NCBI GenBank assembly: GCA_009692425.1 | Contig: SHZF01000009.1 | Coordinates: 48,214 to 112,213, forward strand | Source: Myxococcales bacterium | GTDB lineage: Bacteria > Myxococcota_A > UBA9042 | Direction: 5' to 3' | Length of the DNA stretch: 64,000 bases | Part shown: piece after piece, positions 36,584-46,277 of the stretch | How positions within the stretch are numbered: the stretch's first letter is position 1 | How the letters are laid out: the number at the start of each line of letters is the position of its first letter | Notes under the pieces: model-generated | The model's database searches: none | Told to the model about the DNA's origin: nothing | Seen by the model: only the letters and a program-made list of their open reading frames with translations | Translations under genes and position numbers: made by a program

Positions 36584-38494
36584 CTAGGCTGCCGACCGCT
36601 TCGACTCCTCGACCGTGCGCGCCTGCAGTTCGGCGAGCAGGTCCTCGCCGTGCTCCTCGATCTCGGCCAGCCACGCCCGGCAGCGCAGGTCGGCACGCTT
36701 CATGAAGCGGTCGGCGCGGCTGCGGCGCTCCGGAAACTTGGTGGCATACTTCACGAGGATGCGCGCCATGGCGGTGTCGGCCAGGATGCGCGTCAGTCGT
36801 TCGGCGTGCAGCAGGCCCGGGGCGAAGTCGAGCTTGGGGTCCCACTCGTTGAACAGGGCGTCCGTCCAACTGCCCATGGGCAAGTCGTACGTGGCCTTCA
36901 GCTTGTTGCGCGCGATGCGCACCAGGATCGTCTGCAGTGCTTTGTACTTGTAGGAGAAGAGCCGTGCCAGTTGCTTCTCCAGCGGGTCGCTCTCGGCCAC
37001 GCGCTTCCAGTTCGCGCGCGCCATCTTCACGATGAAGCGGCGCGGGTCGCGCAGGCCCTGCATCAACTGGTCCTTCAGCGCCATGAGCGACTGGATCTGG
37101 CTCGTACCCTCGTAGATCGGCAACACGAGCGCGTCGCGCAGCAGCTTCTCTGGCAGCGCCTCCTGCGTGTAGCCGACGCCACCGAGGATTTGCATCGCCG
37201 TACGCGACATCTCGACCGCGCGCTCCGAGCCGACGTACTTGAGCAGCGGCGTCAGGTCGCGGGCCTGGCGTTTCACGCGCTGCAGGCGACGCTCGAGTTC
37301 GGCGCGCGCGGCTTCGTCGGCCGGCGGGTCGAATTTCAGGATCTGTTCGAGCTTGGTCGAACGCTCCACCTTCTGCGCGGTCTCGAAGGCGAGTGCGCGC
37401 AACGCTTCGACCTGCAAGGTCATGTCGTCAAGCATGTCCGCCACCATCTCGTGGCGGTCGATCGTCTTGCCCATCGTGACGCGCTGGGCTGCATACTCCC
37501 GCGCCGTGCGCAGTGCCGCCTCGCAGATGCCGAGGCCTTCGAAGCCGACGGCCAGCCGGGCGAAGTTCATCAGCGCCAGCATCAACTCGAAGCCCTCGCC
37601 GCGCCGGCCGATCAGTTCGCCGATCGAGTCTTCGTAGACCAGGCTGCACGTCGGCGACCCGTTGTGGCCGATCTTGTGCTCGACGTTGCTGATGCGGACG
37701 TTCGTCACCGTCTTGCCGTCGCGTTCGATCTTCTGGCGCACGAGCAGCAGCGACAGGCCCTTGAGCCCGGGAGACTTCTTCGGGTCTTCGGTGCGGACCA
37801 GTACGAGTTGGTACTGGCCGTGGCCTGAGGTGATGAAGATTTTTTCGCCGTTCACCTTCCACACGCCATCGCCGGCATCGACGGCGGCAGTGCGAATCTG
37901 CGCGAGGTCCGAGCCGGCGCCCGACTCCGTCAGTACCATGCAGCCCCAGGCCCGGCCGGCGACGCAGTCGGCGATCACGGCATCGTAGGGCGTCGACAGG
38001 ACGCGGCCGTTCTTGACGACCGTGCGCGGGTCGCGCAACGCATACATCAGCAGCGAGACCGCAACGCCGGTGTGGAAGCCGAAGTGCGTCATGCACGACA
38101 CGTCGGCGCGCGAGATCATCTCTCCGGCCGCGAGGTAGACGACGGCGGGCGCGTTCAGGCCGCCCTGCTCACGCGGCACGCACAGCCCGTAGAGGTCGAG
38201 CTTCTTCATCTCCTTGAAGACTTTGGCGAACGTGGGCGATTCGATGACCTCCCCGTTTTCCATGCGCGTACCTTCGCGATCGATCTGGCGTGCCACCGGC
38301 GCGATGCGGCGCGCGGCGAACTTGCCGATCTCCTGCAGCACGCCTTCGTAGCTGTCGCGGGCGTCGCGCACGCTGGCGGGCCGGTCCTCGGCGGTCGCGC
38401 CGTGCTCGCTCATGTCGAAAAGCATCTCCCAATCGAGGGCTTGCTCTACCCAGAATCGGAGATCGGCGTTGTCGGTATAGAAATTGTCGCTCAT
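36584..38494 (-). CDS. large acyl-CoA dehydrogenase (FadE-like, with C-terminal extension)
   Basis: Start at ATG 38494 (MSDNFYTDN...). GAGSDLAQIRTAAV...WKVNGEKIFITSG and PIYEGTSQIQ. 636 aa. Confidence 0.9.
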   Translation of the reverse strand: MSDNFYTDNADLRFWVEQALDWEMLFDMSEHGATAEDRPASVRDARDSYEGVLQEIGKFAARRIAPVARQIDREGTRMENGEVIESPTFAKVFKEMKKLDLYGLCVPREQGGLNAPAVVYLAAGEMISRADVSCMTHFGFHTGVAVSLLMYALRDPRTVVKNGRVLSTPYDAVIADCVAGRAWGCMVLTESGAGSDLAQIRTAAVDAGDGVWKVNGEKIFITSGHGQYQLVLVRTEDPKKSPGLKGLSLLLVRQKIERDGKTVTNVRISNVEHKIGHNGSPTCSLVYEDSIGELIGRRGEGFELMLALMNFARLAVGFEGLGICEAALRTAREYAAQRVTMGKTIDRHEMVADMLDDMTLQVEALRALAFETAQKVERSTKLEQILKFDPPADEAARAELERRLQRVKRQARDLTPLLKYVGSERAVEMSRTAMQILGGVGYTQEALPEKLLRDALVLPIYEGTSQIQSLMALKDQLMQGLRDPRRFIVKMARANWKRVAESDPLEKQLARLFSYKYKALQTILVRIARNKLKATYDLPMGSWTDALFNEWDPKLDFAPGLLHAERLTRILADTAMARILVKYATKFPERRSRADRFMKRADLRCRAWLAEIEEHGEDLLAELQARTVEESKRSAA

Positions 38495-38667
38495 GGAGGG
38501 CTCGGAGTGCGCGCACGGCGGCGCGGGTGGGCGGCCCACGAGGCCGCACTGTCAACGTCCACCTTTCGACGCACCGCGTCAAGAATGATCGACACAGGTT
38601 CCCTTGTGCGTGGGGCGGCGGTACCTTGGCGGCGGCCGGTTCGTGACTGTGACGGGCCGAGGCTGTC

Positions 38668-40323
38668 ATGATCGAACCGACCGCCCACACTGCCGCCCGG
38701 GTCCGCGCTCCGCTGCCCGCGGGTCCGGTCGATGTCGCGATCGTCGGGTGCGGCCTCGGCGGCTTGACGGCCGGCGCGTACCTGGCGCGCGCAGGGCTTC
38801 GCGTGGCGTGTTTCGACAGCCACTATGTCGCGGGCGGGTGCGCCACGATGTTCGAGCGGGGCCGCAGCGACGAGCGCTACTGCTTCGACGTGGGCCTGCA
38901 CTACATCGGCGACTGCGGTCCGGGCGGCATGATCCCGAGCCTGCTGCGCGGGGTCGGCGTCGCCCAGGCCTTCGTGCCGATGGACGCCGATGGCTTCGAC
39001 ACGCTGGTGCTGCCGGACCTGCGCTTTCGGGTGCCGGTCGGGCTGGATCGCTATCGGGAGCGGCTGGCGGAGACCTTTCCTGCCGAGCGGCGCGGCATCG
39101 ACAACTACGTGCGGTTCCTGGCCGAGGTCGACCGTGCCCAGCGCCAGATGGAACACGCCGGCGGCCGGGTCGGGCTGCGCGCCCTGATCGACGTCGTGCT
39201 TCATGGGCGCCTGCTCGCGCGGTGGCGCACGGCCACCATCGGTTCCGTCGTGCAGTCATGTACCCGCGACCCGCGCCTGCAAGCCGTGCTGCTCGGCCAG
39301 AACGGCGACTACGGCGTGCCCCCCTCCGAAGCGTCGGCGGTGCTGCACGCGGGGCTGCAGAATCACTATTTCCGCGGTGCTTGGTACCCGGCTGGCGGCG
39401 GCCAGACGATTGCCGACAGCCTGGCAAGCGTCATCGAGGCGCACGGCGGTACGATCCACCTGCGCTGCGGCGTGGACCGCATCCTGTTCGAAGACGGTCG
39501 CGCCATCGGCGTGCACATCGAGGCGGGCGGCCGGCATGGCGGCGCCGAGGTGCGGGCGCGCGCCGTGCTGTCGAACGCGGACCTCAAGCGTACGCTGCTC
39601 GACCTCGTAGGGCCCGCACTGTTGCCGCCGCAGTGGCTCGGCCGCGCGCGCAACTTCCAGATGGGCGGCGCGCTCTACCTGTTGTGCCTGGGCATCCGCC
39701 ACGATTTCGCTGCGGCCGGCATGACGGCCACGAATTACTGGCAGTTCGACTCGTATGACATGGAGTCGTCCTACCGGGAGGCGCGCGTCGGCGACCGGCC
39801 CGTGCCGCGCGGTTGTTACGTCACGTCCACCGCGTTCAAGGACCCCGCCACGCAAGGACACGCGCCGCCGGGTGTCACCGCCGTCGAGGTCATGACGCTG
39901 GTGCCACACGACCTGGGCGCCTGGGGCGTCGATGATCCGGCGGACCTGGCATCGGGCCGCTACCGCAAGCTGCCGGGCTACGTCGAGCGCAAGGCGGCGG
40001 TGGAGGCAGACCTGATCGGCCGACTCGATACGCTGTTTCCCGGCAGCTCCGCCGGCATCGTGTTCCGGGAAGGGGCAAGCCCACTGACGCACGAACGGTT
40101 CACGCGGGCGAGCGATGGCACCGGCTACGGCCTCGCCGCCACGCCGGCGCAGATGATGAAGGGAAGGCCCGGCTACAGCGGCCCGCTGCCGGGGCTGTGG
40201 CTGTGCGGCGCATCGACCCGGGCGGGCCACGGCATCGTCGGCGCGATGACGGGTGGCCAGCGCGCGGCGGCGCGGATTGGAGCGGCGCTGGGGGCGAATG
40301 TCGCGGCGCCGCTGTCGGCGTGA
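38668..40323 (+). CDS. FAD-dependent oxidoreductase of the phytoene desaturase / RetSat-like family
   Basis: VDVAIVGCGLGGLTAGAYLARAGLRVACFDSHYVAGGC dinucleotide-binding fold. C-terminal LWLCGASTRAGHGIVGAMTGG. Confidence 0.85.
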   Translation: MIEPTAHTAARVRAPLPAGPVDVAIVGCGLGGLTAGAYLARAGLRVACFDSHYVAGGCATMFERGRSDERYCFDVGLHYIGDCGPGGMIPSLLRGVGVAQAFVPMDADGFDTLVLPDLRFRVPVGLDRYRERLAETFPAERRGIDNYVRFLAEVDRAQRQMEHAGGRVGLRALIDVVLHGRLLARWRTATIGSVVQSCTRDPRLQAVLLGQNGDYGVPPSEASAVLHAGLQNHYFRGAWYPAGGGQTIADSLASVIEAHGGTIHLRCGVDRILFEDGRAIGVHIEAGGRHGGAEVRARAVLSNADLKRTLLDLVGPALLPPQWLGRARNFQMGGALYLLCLGIRHDFAAAGMTATNYWQFDSYDMESSYREARVGDRPVPRGCYVTSTAFKDPATQGHAPPGVTAVEVMTLVPHDLGAWGVDDPADLASGRYRKLPGYVERKAAVEADLIGRLDTLFPGSSAGIVFREGASPLTHERFTRASDGTGYGLAATPAQMMKGRPGYSGPLPGLWLCGASTRAGHGIVGAMTGGQRAAARIGAALGANVAAPLSA

Positions 40324-40335
40324 CTTCCTGTTTGT

Positions 40336-42675
40336 CTACAGCCCACACTGCGCATCGGCGTTGCACGTCTTCGCCACCCCGCAGGAACTCCCCGCCGCCA
40401 GCGAGAAGTGGGCGCAGCCCTTGCCGGGCAGGCACACGTCGGTCGTGCACGGGTTCGTGTCGTCGCAAGTGACCGGAGGCGTCTTGACGCAGGCCTTGCC
40501 CGTCGAGCACGACTTGTTGCCCCACACGTCGGCGCGCACCACCCAGGCTTGCAGGCTGGCGACTTCGCGCTGGCCGGCCGCCAGCAGGCCACCCGCCGCG
40601 ACCACGGGGTCGGTGCCCAGGCGCACGGCGGCCAGCTTGTCGAGGCCAACGGCCCCCAGTTTCTGCTGCCAGACGAGGTTGCCGTTGGGGTCGACCGCCA
40701 GCAGCCAGCCGTTCGGCTTGGTGACGTCGTCGCCCGTGACGCCCGCCAGCGCGAAGCCCGCTATCGATCCCGCGTCGCCGGGCAAAATTGCCAAGCCCGC
40801 GACGGCGTCATTGCCTTCGGAACCGATGGCTCGGTCCCACAGCTTGACCCCGGCCAGATCGGTGCGCACGAGCCACGCATCGGACTTGCCGGCGCCCTTG
40901 CCCGTCGTGGACCCGGCGAGCAGGAACCCGTCGGCCAGCGCGACCAACACGGCGCCGTCGTCGGTGCCCGGCGTGCCGTAGGTTTTCTGGAACATCTTGG
41001 TCCCGTTCGCGTCGGTGCGCACCAGCGTGAATTCCGTGCCGTTGTCCGGCGACGGCGTCGAACCCGACAGCGCATACCCTTCTGCCAGCACCGCGAGGCC
41101 GTAGGCATGGTCGTCGCCGCCGGTTCCATACACCTTGTCGAATTCCTTGGTGCCGTCGGCCTTCAGCTTGACCAGCCACAGGTCGAGGGAGCCGCCCACG
41201 CCCCCGGCGGACTCGCCCGCCAAGGCCCAGCCACCGGCTGCCAGGGCCTCGAGCCGATACGGGCGGTCGGCAGGCTTGCCACCGATCACGGCCTTGCCCG
41301 CCAACGTGCCGACCGGCGAGTACTGCAGCAACACCGTGTCGTAGTCGCCTGAGCCTTGGGACACCGAAAATGCGGCAACGCCGATCGTACCGTCCTTCTG
41401 CACGGCGAGTGCCTGGCCGCCGTCATCGCCCTTGCCGCCGAACGTCTTCTCCCAGACAAGCGCGCCGCTGGGCGACACCTTGGCAATGAAGGCCTCCGGG
41501 TCGCCCGAATCCGTGCGAACGCCGACGACGACGATGCCGCCCGCGACGCCGATCACGTCGAGCGCGCCATCGGACTGGGGTCCGCCCAGTTGTGACTCCC
41601 ACAGGGCCTCGGCCGCCGCGCACGTGCCCGCGATGCAGCCCTCGGCCACCGCGCACTCCGTGGCGATTGTGCACGTGACGCCATCGGACACGGGTACGCC
41701 CTTGCAGGCCCCGTCGGTGCACGCATCGTTCGTGCACGCATTGCCGTCGTCGCATGGCTTGGCCTTGCCTTTGCACTTGCCGTCGCTGCCACACACGTCC
41801 GATTCCGTGCAGGTGTCTTTGTCGTCGCAGGCCGCGCCGCCGACCGCCTTGGCTGCGCAGCCGACAGCCGGGAGGCAACTGTCCGCCGTACATGGGTCGC
41901 CGTCGTCGCATTTCGTCGGCGCGCCGCTGCTGCACTTGCCGTCCTTGCACGCAGTCGCGTCCGTGCACAGGTCGTCGTCCACGCAACTGGCCGTGCTGGG
42001 GAGGAACACGCAACCGCTGGTGCTCTGGCAGCCGTTGTCCGTACACGCGTTGCCGTCGTTGCAAAACTTCGCCTTGCCGCCCGTGCACTTGGCTTCGACG
42101 CATGTTCCATCGACGAGGCACAGGTCTGCCAACGTGCACGTGCCTTCCGTCGGCAGCGCCGCGCAGCCCGTTGTCTTGTCGCAGGTGTCCTGCGTGCACG
42201 GATTGCCGTCGTCGCAGCCGAGGGCGAAGCCTGCACCGCACGCGCTGGATTTGCAGGTGTCGCCGGTGGTGCACGCGTCGCTGTCGCTGCACGAGGCGGC
42301 GTTGGCGAGGTGAACGCAGCCTAGTGCCGCGTCGCACGCATCGTCGGTGCAAGGGTTGTCGTCCGCACACCCCGCGGCACACGGGTCCGCCGTGTCGGCT
42401 GGCGCGTCACTGTCTCCGCCGACCGTGGCGTCGTCGGCGTCACCCGCGGCGTCATCGTCTGCCCCGTCGGCGCCGCGTCCCTCGCCATCGGTGGTGCCAT
42501 CGGCGTCGTCGCCCGGAGCAGCGGCGCCATCGGGCGGCAACGCGTCCTGGTATTTGAATTCCGCGTCTGCGGGCAGTTCCTCGGTGCAGCCGATCAGCGC
42601 GCACCCGGCAACGACACGGGCAGCGAGCGTGGCCCGCGCGCGGCGCGCGGGATGCGTGCGGGGTGTGGTCGTCAT
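40336..42675 (-). CDS. lipoprotein: Cys-rich C-x-D-G-N-x-C-T modules plus six-bladed beta-propeller-like repeats
   Basis: ATG 42675 follows GGAGAGG; lipobox LIGC; acidic linker. About 11 Cys modules of the same type as 26911..30564. Six ~55-aa repeats (W-x-K-T-[FY]-G-G-x-G-x-D ... D-x-WLV[KR]). One more Cys module at the C-terminus. Confidence 0.8.
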   Translation of the reverse strand: MTTTPRTHPARRARATLAARVVAGCALIGCTEELPADAEFKYQDALPPDGAAAPGDDADGTTDGEGRGADGADDDAAGDADDATVGGDSDAPADTADPCAAGCADDNPCTDDACDAALGCVHLANAASCSDSDACTTGDTCKSSACGAGFALGCDDGNPCTQDTCDKTTGCAALPTEGTCTLADLCLVDGTCVEAKCTGGKAKFCNDGNACTDNGCQSTSGCVFLPSTASCVDDDLCTDATACKDGKCSSGAPTKCDDGDPCTADSCLPAVGCAAKAVGGAACDDKDTCTESDVCGSDGKCKGKAKPCDDGNACTNDACTDGACKGVPVSDGVTCTIATECAVAEGCIAGTCAAAEALWESQLGGPQSDGALDVIGVAGGIVVVGVRTDSGDPEAFIAKVSPSGALVWEKTFGGKGDDGGQALAVQKDGTIGVAAFSVSQGSGDYDTVLLQYSPVGTLAGKAVIGGKPADRPYRLEALAAGGWALAGESAGGVGGSLDLWLVKLKADGTKEFDKVYGTGGDDHAYGLAVLAEGYALSGSTPSPDNGTEFTLVRTDANGTKMFQKTYGTPGTDDGAVLVALADGFLLAGSTTGKGAGKSDAWLVRTDLAGVKLWDRAIGSEGNDAVAGLAILPGDAGSIAGFALAGVTGDDVTKPNGWLLAVDPNGNLVWQQKLGAVGLDKLAAVRLGTDPVVAAGGLLAAGQREVASLQAWVVRADVWGNKSCSTGKACVKTPPVTCDDTNPCTTDVCLPGKGCAHFSLAAGSSCGVAKTCNADAQCGL

Positions 42676-42704
42676 GGAGGCCTCTCCTGCATCGGCCGCG
42701 CGGA

Positions 42705-43703
42705 TTAGAATCGCCACGCGACACCCATCCCGCGGCCATCGGGTCCCGGGACCAGCATGGCCTTGGCCGTCGGTGCACTCAACACGAGCCATGCGCCTGC
42801 GGCCGCGGCGGCGACGCCCACGCCACCGAGGGCCGCAGCCATCGTCTTGCTGCCCGCGATGCGGTCGGCCTCGGCACGCGCATCGGTCTTCGCGATGCCG
42901 ATGATTTGCTGGGAGACGGGGTCTTTCATCGCCAGCTTTTCATCTAGCGCGGCGCGGTCTGCGTTCGCCATCAGCCAGACCGTGAGCCCAGCGCCTGCGA
43001 CAGCCACGCCAGACCACCCGACGGCGTGCCCCACCCAGGCCGAGCCCGCGCCCTCGTCGGCCGGCGTCGCTGCGCGTGCCAGGACGGCTGCCTCGTCGGC
43101 GCGGAGCCTGGCCAGCACCGGATCGACCTCCACATGCTCCGGAGCGTCGTGCGGCGCGGCGCGGCCGTATTGCTCCAGCAGGCCCTTGGCGTTGGCGTTG
43201 CCGGCACGGTGAGCCGCCAATGCGGCGCGGGCCAACCAAGCGTGGCGATCGCTGTCGATGCCGTACGCTTCCAGCCAGCGCAGGTGGGCGGTCGCAAAGT
43301 CGCCGCTGGCGCCGGCTGCTTCGGCCTCGCGCGCCTTGGCTTCCCCGCGCTGGCTGCGCGCTTCCTTCAAGCTTGCCGTCGCCCGATCCGCGTTCGCTGC
43401 ATCGACACCCGGCAGAGCGAGCAAGGCGCGGTACAACTCTTCGGCGCGTTCGAACTGGCCCGCCTTCTGTGCCGCGCTCGCCGCCAAGGCCAGATACTCG
43501 GCCTTCTTCGGGTCGGTGCGGTGCGCTTCGAACCACAGGCCCGCTGCCTTGGCGGCATCTCCTGCTTCCAGCGCCTTGGCGGCCTGCTTGGCGAGACCTG
43601 CGGCCGCCTTGGCCGGGTCCGCGGCAAACGCGGGCGCGCTGGCGGCCAGCGTCCCGCCAACCAGGAAGGCGAGGACAGTGAGCGAGCGGAGGTTCCACGC
43701 CAT
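42705..43703 (-). CDS. secreted TPR-like protein with C-terminal hydrophobic segments (paralogue of 45407..46252)
   Basis: ATG 43703, signal LAASAPAFA. AGDAAKAAGLWFEAHRTDPKKAEYLALAASAAQKAGQFERAEELYRALLA. C-terminal ...ADRAALDEKL... between hydrophobic stretches. Ends ...VAWRF. Confidence 0.65.
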   Translation of the reverse strand: MAWNLRSLTVLAFLVGGTLAASAPAFAADPAKAAAGLAKQAAKALEAGDAAKAAGLWFEAHRTDPKKAEYLALAASAAQKAGQFERAEELYRALLALPGVDAANADRATASLKEARSQRGEAKAREAEAAGASGDFATAHLRWLEAYGIDSDRHAWLARAALAAHRAGNANAKGLLEQYGRAAPHDAPEHVEVDPVLARLRADEAAVLARAATPADEGAGSAWVGHAVGWSGVAVAGAGLTVWLMANADRAALDEKLAMKDPVSQQIIGIAKTDARAEADRIAGSKTMAAALGGVGVAAAAAGAWLVLSAPTAKAMLVPGPDGRGMGVAWRF

Positions 43704-43935
43704 GGCGATCTCGGTAGGCAAGGCCGTTTCCAGCGGCGCGGAGGGTACTCGCGGCGTTCGGGGCCGGCAAGGACGCTTCACGGCTCGACGCCGCCACGTC
43801 GCCGACGGGACCTAGGAGTTCCCGGCCGGGACCAGGGTGCACGCAAAGGCCCAGCAGCACCGCGTCGAACAGGACGAACGCCGGCATGGGCAGGAGTTCG
43901 CCAGCGCGGCGACAGAGAGGCTCTTGCTGGATCGG

Positions 43936-44355
43936 CTACGCCCAACCCGCTACGACCATGATGCAATCGCCCGCCACGACTGCCCCGCAGCGGGCCTGTG
44001 CCTGCGCGACCACGTCCGCGTCGAAGGCCCCAGGTTGGAACCACACGACACCGATCCGATCGGCAGGCAACTCTGCCACCACGGCGCGCGCGACGTCGGG
44101 CGGCACCACCAGGTTGACGATGTCAACGTGCCCCTCGATCGCCGCGACGCTGCGCCACACCGGCAGCCCCGCGACGTGCCGTTCGTGCAGATGGACCGGC
44201 AGGACCGTGTAGCCGCGCCGCAGCAGGTTGCGCACGATGATGTTGCCGTACTTCGCGGGGTCATTGCTCGCACCCACCACAGCGATGCGCGTTCGCCCGG
44301 AGCGTTCGCGCAGCAGGGTGCGGGCCTGATTCAGGGCGGTAGGCGGTGTACTCAT
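43936..44355 (-). CDS. CoA-binding domain protein (YccU-like)
   Basis: RIAVVGASNDPAKYGNIIVRNLLRRGYTVLPV...VDIVNLVVPP is typical of the CoA_binding_2 family. Confidence 0.85.
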   Translation of the reverse strand: MSTPPTALNQARTLLRERSGRTRIAVVGASNDPAKYGNIIVRNLLRRGYTVLPVHLHERHVAGLPVWRSVAAIEGHVDIVNLVVPPDVARAVVAELPADRIGVVWFQPGAFDADVVAQAQARCGAVVAGDCIMVVAGWA

Positions 44356-44442
44356 CGGATTTTCCCACGGCGCGCGGGTGGCCGTTGCCGTGCCACGCCC
44401 GGCAGGCTAGAACGCAGGCGAGCCTCGCGCCAGTGCGAGCCG

Positions 44443-45396
44443 ATGCGCGCCACGATGCCCTCCGACGCCGACACCGGGACACGCCGCCTCAAGGCCATCA
44501 TGTTCACGGACATCAAGGGCTACTCGACCATGATGGGCGTGGACGAGGCGCGCACCGTGCGGCTCGTGACGGAGCACCGCGAACATGTGCGGGCCGCGCT
44601 CGCCATCCACGGGGGCCAGGAGCACGAGACGATCGGCGACGCGTTCGTGGTGCTTTTCGATTCGGTGGTGAATGCCGTGCACTGCGGCATGGACATCCAG
44701 CAGCGGCTGCGCGCACGCAATGCGGGCCTGCCGCCGGCCGACCAAGTATGGGTGCGCATCGGCATCCACCTGGGCGACATCATCATGCAGGGCGACGGCA
44801 TCTACGGCGACGGTGTCAATCTTGCGGCCCGGGTCGAGTCGAAGGCGAATCCGGGTGGCATCTGCATCACGGAGCAGGTGTTCCTCCAGATCGACGGCAA
44901 GATTGACGTCCACGTGGAGGCGATGGGCCGCACGGAGCTGAAGAACATCCGCAACCCGCCGCGCCTGTACCGGATCGACGTGCTCGGCGAACAGGCACGC
45001 CCTGCATCGCGCAGGGTCGCTTTCGGACTCGGCGCGGCCGCGCTGGCGATCGCAGCGATCGGGGCCGCAGGGTGGTGGAACGTCCACTCCGGCACGGGCG
45101 CTCCCCCCCTGCCCGCAGCAACGCCCCCAGCAACTCCTGCTTTCCGCGCCGCCGTCTCGCCTCTACCGGGCGCGCCACCCGCAGGTGTCGTTGCGCGCCC
45201 CGCCACACAGGAGCAGGATGCGATCGACGTTGCGCTTGCGCCTGCCGTTACGGCCGCCGCTGCTCCCGCTGCTCCCGCTGCTCCCGCTGCTCCCGCTGCT
45301 CCCGCCGAGCCCGCGGCCAAACGGACCCAAGGCCATGGCAAGGTTCGTCCCCGTCCCGACGGCAGCCGCATTCGGCCCGCGATCGTGGTCGATTGA
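44443..45396 (+). CDS. class III adenylate/guanylate cyclase with C-terminal TM and Ala/Pro-rich tail
   Basis: KAIMFTDIKGYS, ETIGDAFVVLF, GIHLGDII..GDGIYGDGVNLAARVES. TM FGLGAAALAIAAIGAAGWW. Start is ATG 44443 or 44455. Confidence 0.85.
   Translation: MRATMPSDADTGTRRLKAIMFTDIKGYSTMMGVDEARTVRLVTEHREHVRAALAIHGGQEHETIGDAFVVLFDSVVNAVHCGMDIQQRLRARNAGLPPADQVWVRIGIHLGDIIMQGDGIYGDGVNLAARVESKANPGGICITEQVFLQIDGKIDVHVEAMGRTELKNIRNPPRLYRIDVLGEQARPASRRVAFGLGAAALAIAAIGAAGWWNVHSGTGAPPLPAATPPATPAFRAAVSPLPGAPPAGVVARPATQEQDAIDVALAPAVTAAAAPAAPAAPAAPAAPAEPAAKRTQGHGKVRPRPDGSRIRPAIVVD
45259..45303. repeat. 5 x 9-bp in-frame repeat (AAP) in the cyclase tail
   Basis: gctgctccc x5 read directly. Confidence 0.85.
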
Positions 45397-45406
45397 CCGG
45401 CTCGGT

Positions 45407-46252
45407 GTGATTGGCGTCTGCCGCAGCGCGCTCGGCCTCTGCTTCCTCGGCGCGCTCGCCGCCGGACCCGCCCACGCCCAGCCCGCCGCCAGCAAAGACG
45501 AAGCAGCGGCCATCTCCCTGGTCGCGGCGTCAAAGGCCAAGGCGGGTGAATTCGCACTCTGCGCCAGCCTGTACCAGCAAGCCTACCGCCAGGACCCGAG
45601 CTACCTCGCGTACCTGTTCAGTGCCGCACGCTGTGCCCAGAAGGACTCAAACTTCGATGCGGCCGAGCGGGACTACCGCGCCTTCCTGGCACGCTCACCT
45701 GCCACGGACCCGCTGGTGGAAAAGGCGCGCACCAACCTCGACGAGATTCTCGGCCGCCGGCGCGCCGCAGCCGTGCCAGACGAGCAGGCGCGCCCGCCCG
45801 CGAGCCCGGCTGCGGCGGCTCTCCCCCCGGCCGTGACGCTGACCGCAGGTTCTGCGGGCACTCCGGCCGGCGATGCCCAGATTGCGCCACCCCTGGCCGC
45901 CGGACCCGCAGCGTGGCCGAACTGGGCGTGGCTGGCCGGTGGCACGCTTGCTGTCGCCGGCGGCGGCTGGCTTGTGGCAGGCGGCGTGGCCGACCGCGCG
46001 GCGCTGTCCAGCGACCTCGCGCACCCCGCCAACGGCCTCATCGTCGGAGTCACGCCGTCACAGGCTCACGCGCGCGATGTGGCCTGGCGTACTTCGGTCG
46101 GCGCGGGAGCGGCACTGGCCATTGCGGGCGCCGCTGCAGCCAGCTGGGGCGGATGGCAGGTGTGGCGCGGCAGCCCGCTGCAGCCGGGGCTCTCAGTCCG
46201 CAGCGACGGCTGGTTGGTGACGCTTGCCGCGCCCCTTTGGCCCCGTTCCTGA
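45407..46252 (+). CDS. secreted TPR-like protein with C-terminal hydrophobic segments (paralogue of 42705..43703)
   Basis: GTG 45407 gives signal IGVCRSALGLCFLGALAAGPAHA without overlapping the cyclase (alternative ATG 45335). AGEFALCASLYQQAYRQDPSYLAYLFSAARCAQKDSNFDAAERDYRAFLA aligns with the paralogue. ADRAALSSDL is shared. Confidence 0.6.
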   Translation: MIGVCRSALGLCFLGALAAGPAHAQPAASKDEAAAISLVAASKAKAGEFALCASLYQQAYRQDPSYLAYLFSAARCAQKDSNFDAAERDYRAFLARSPATDPLVEKARTNLDEILGRRRAAAVPDEQARPPASPAAAALPPAVTLTAGSAGTPAGDAQIAPPLAAGPAAWPNWAWLAGGTLAVAGGGWLVAGGVADRAALSSDLAHPANGLIVGVTPSQAHARDVAWRTSVGAGAALAIAGAAAASWGGWQVWRGSPLQPGLSVRSDGWLVTLAAPLWPRS

Positions 46253-46277
46253 CAAGATGGCGTCTGCACGCTTACCG

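Noticed and set aside
43837-44442. N-terminal 200 codons of ORF 43837..45396, which overlap the CoA-binding gene on the other strand.
   Set aside because: The cyclase domain begins just after ATG 44443. The upstream part is antisense to a well-supported gene.
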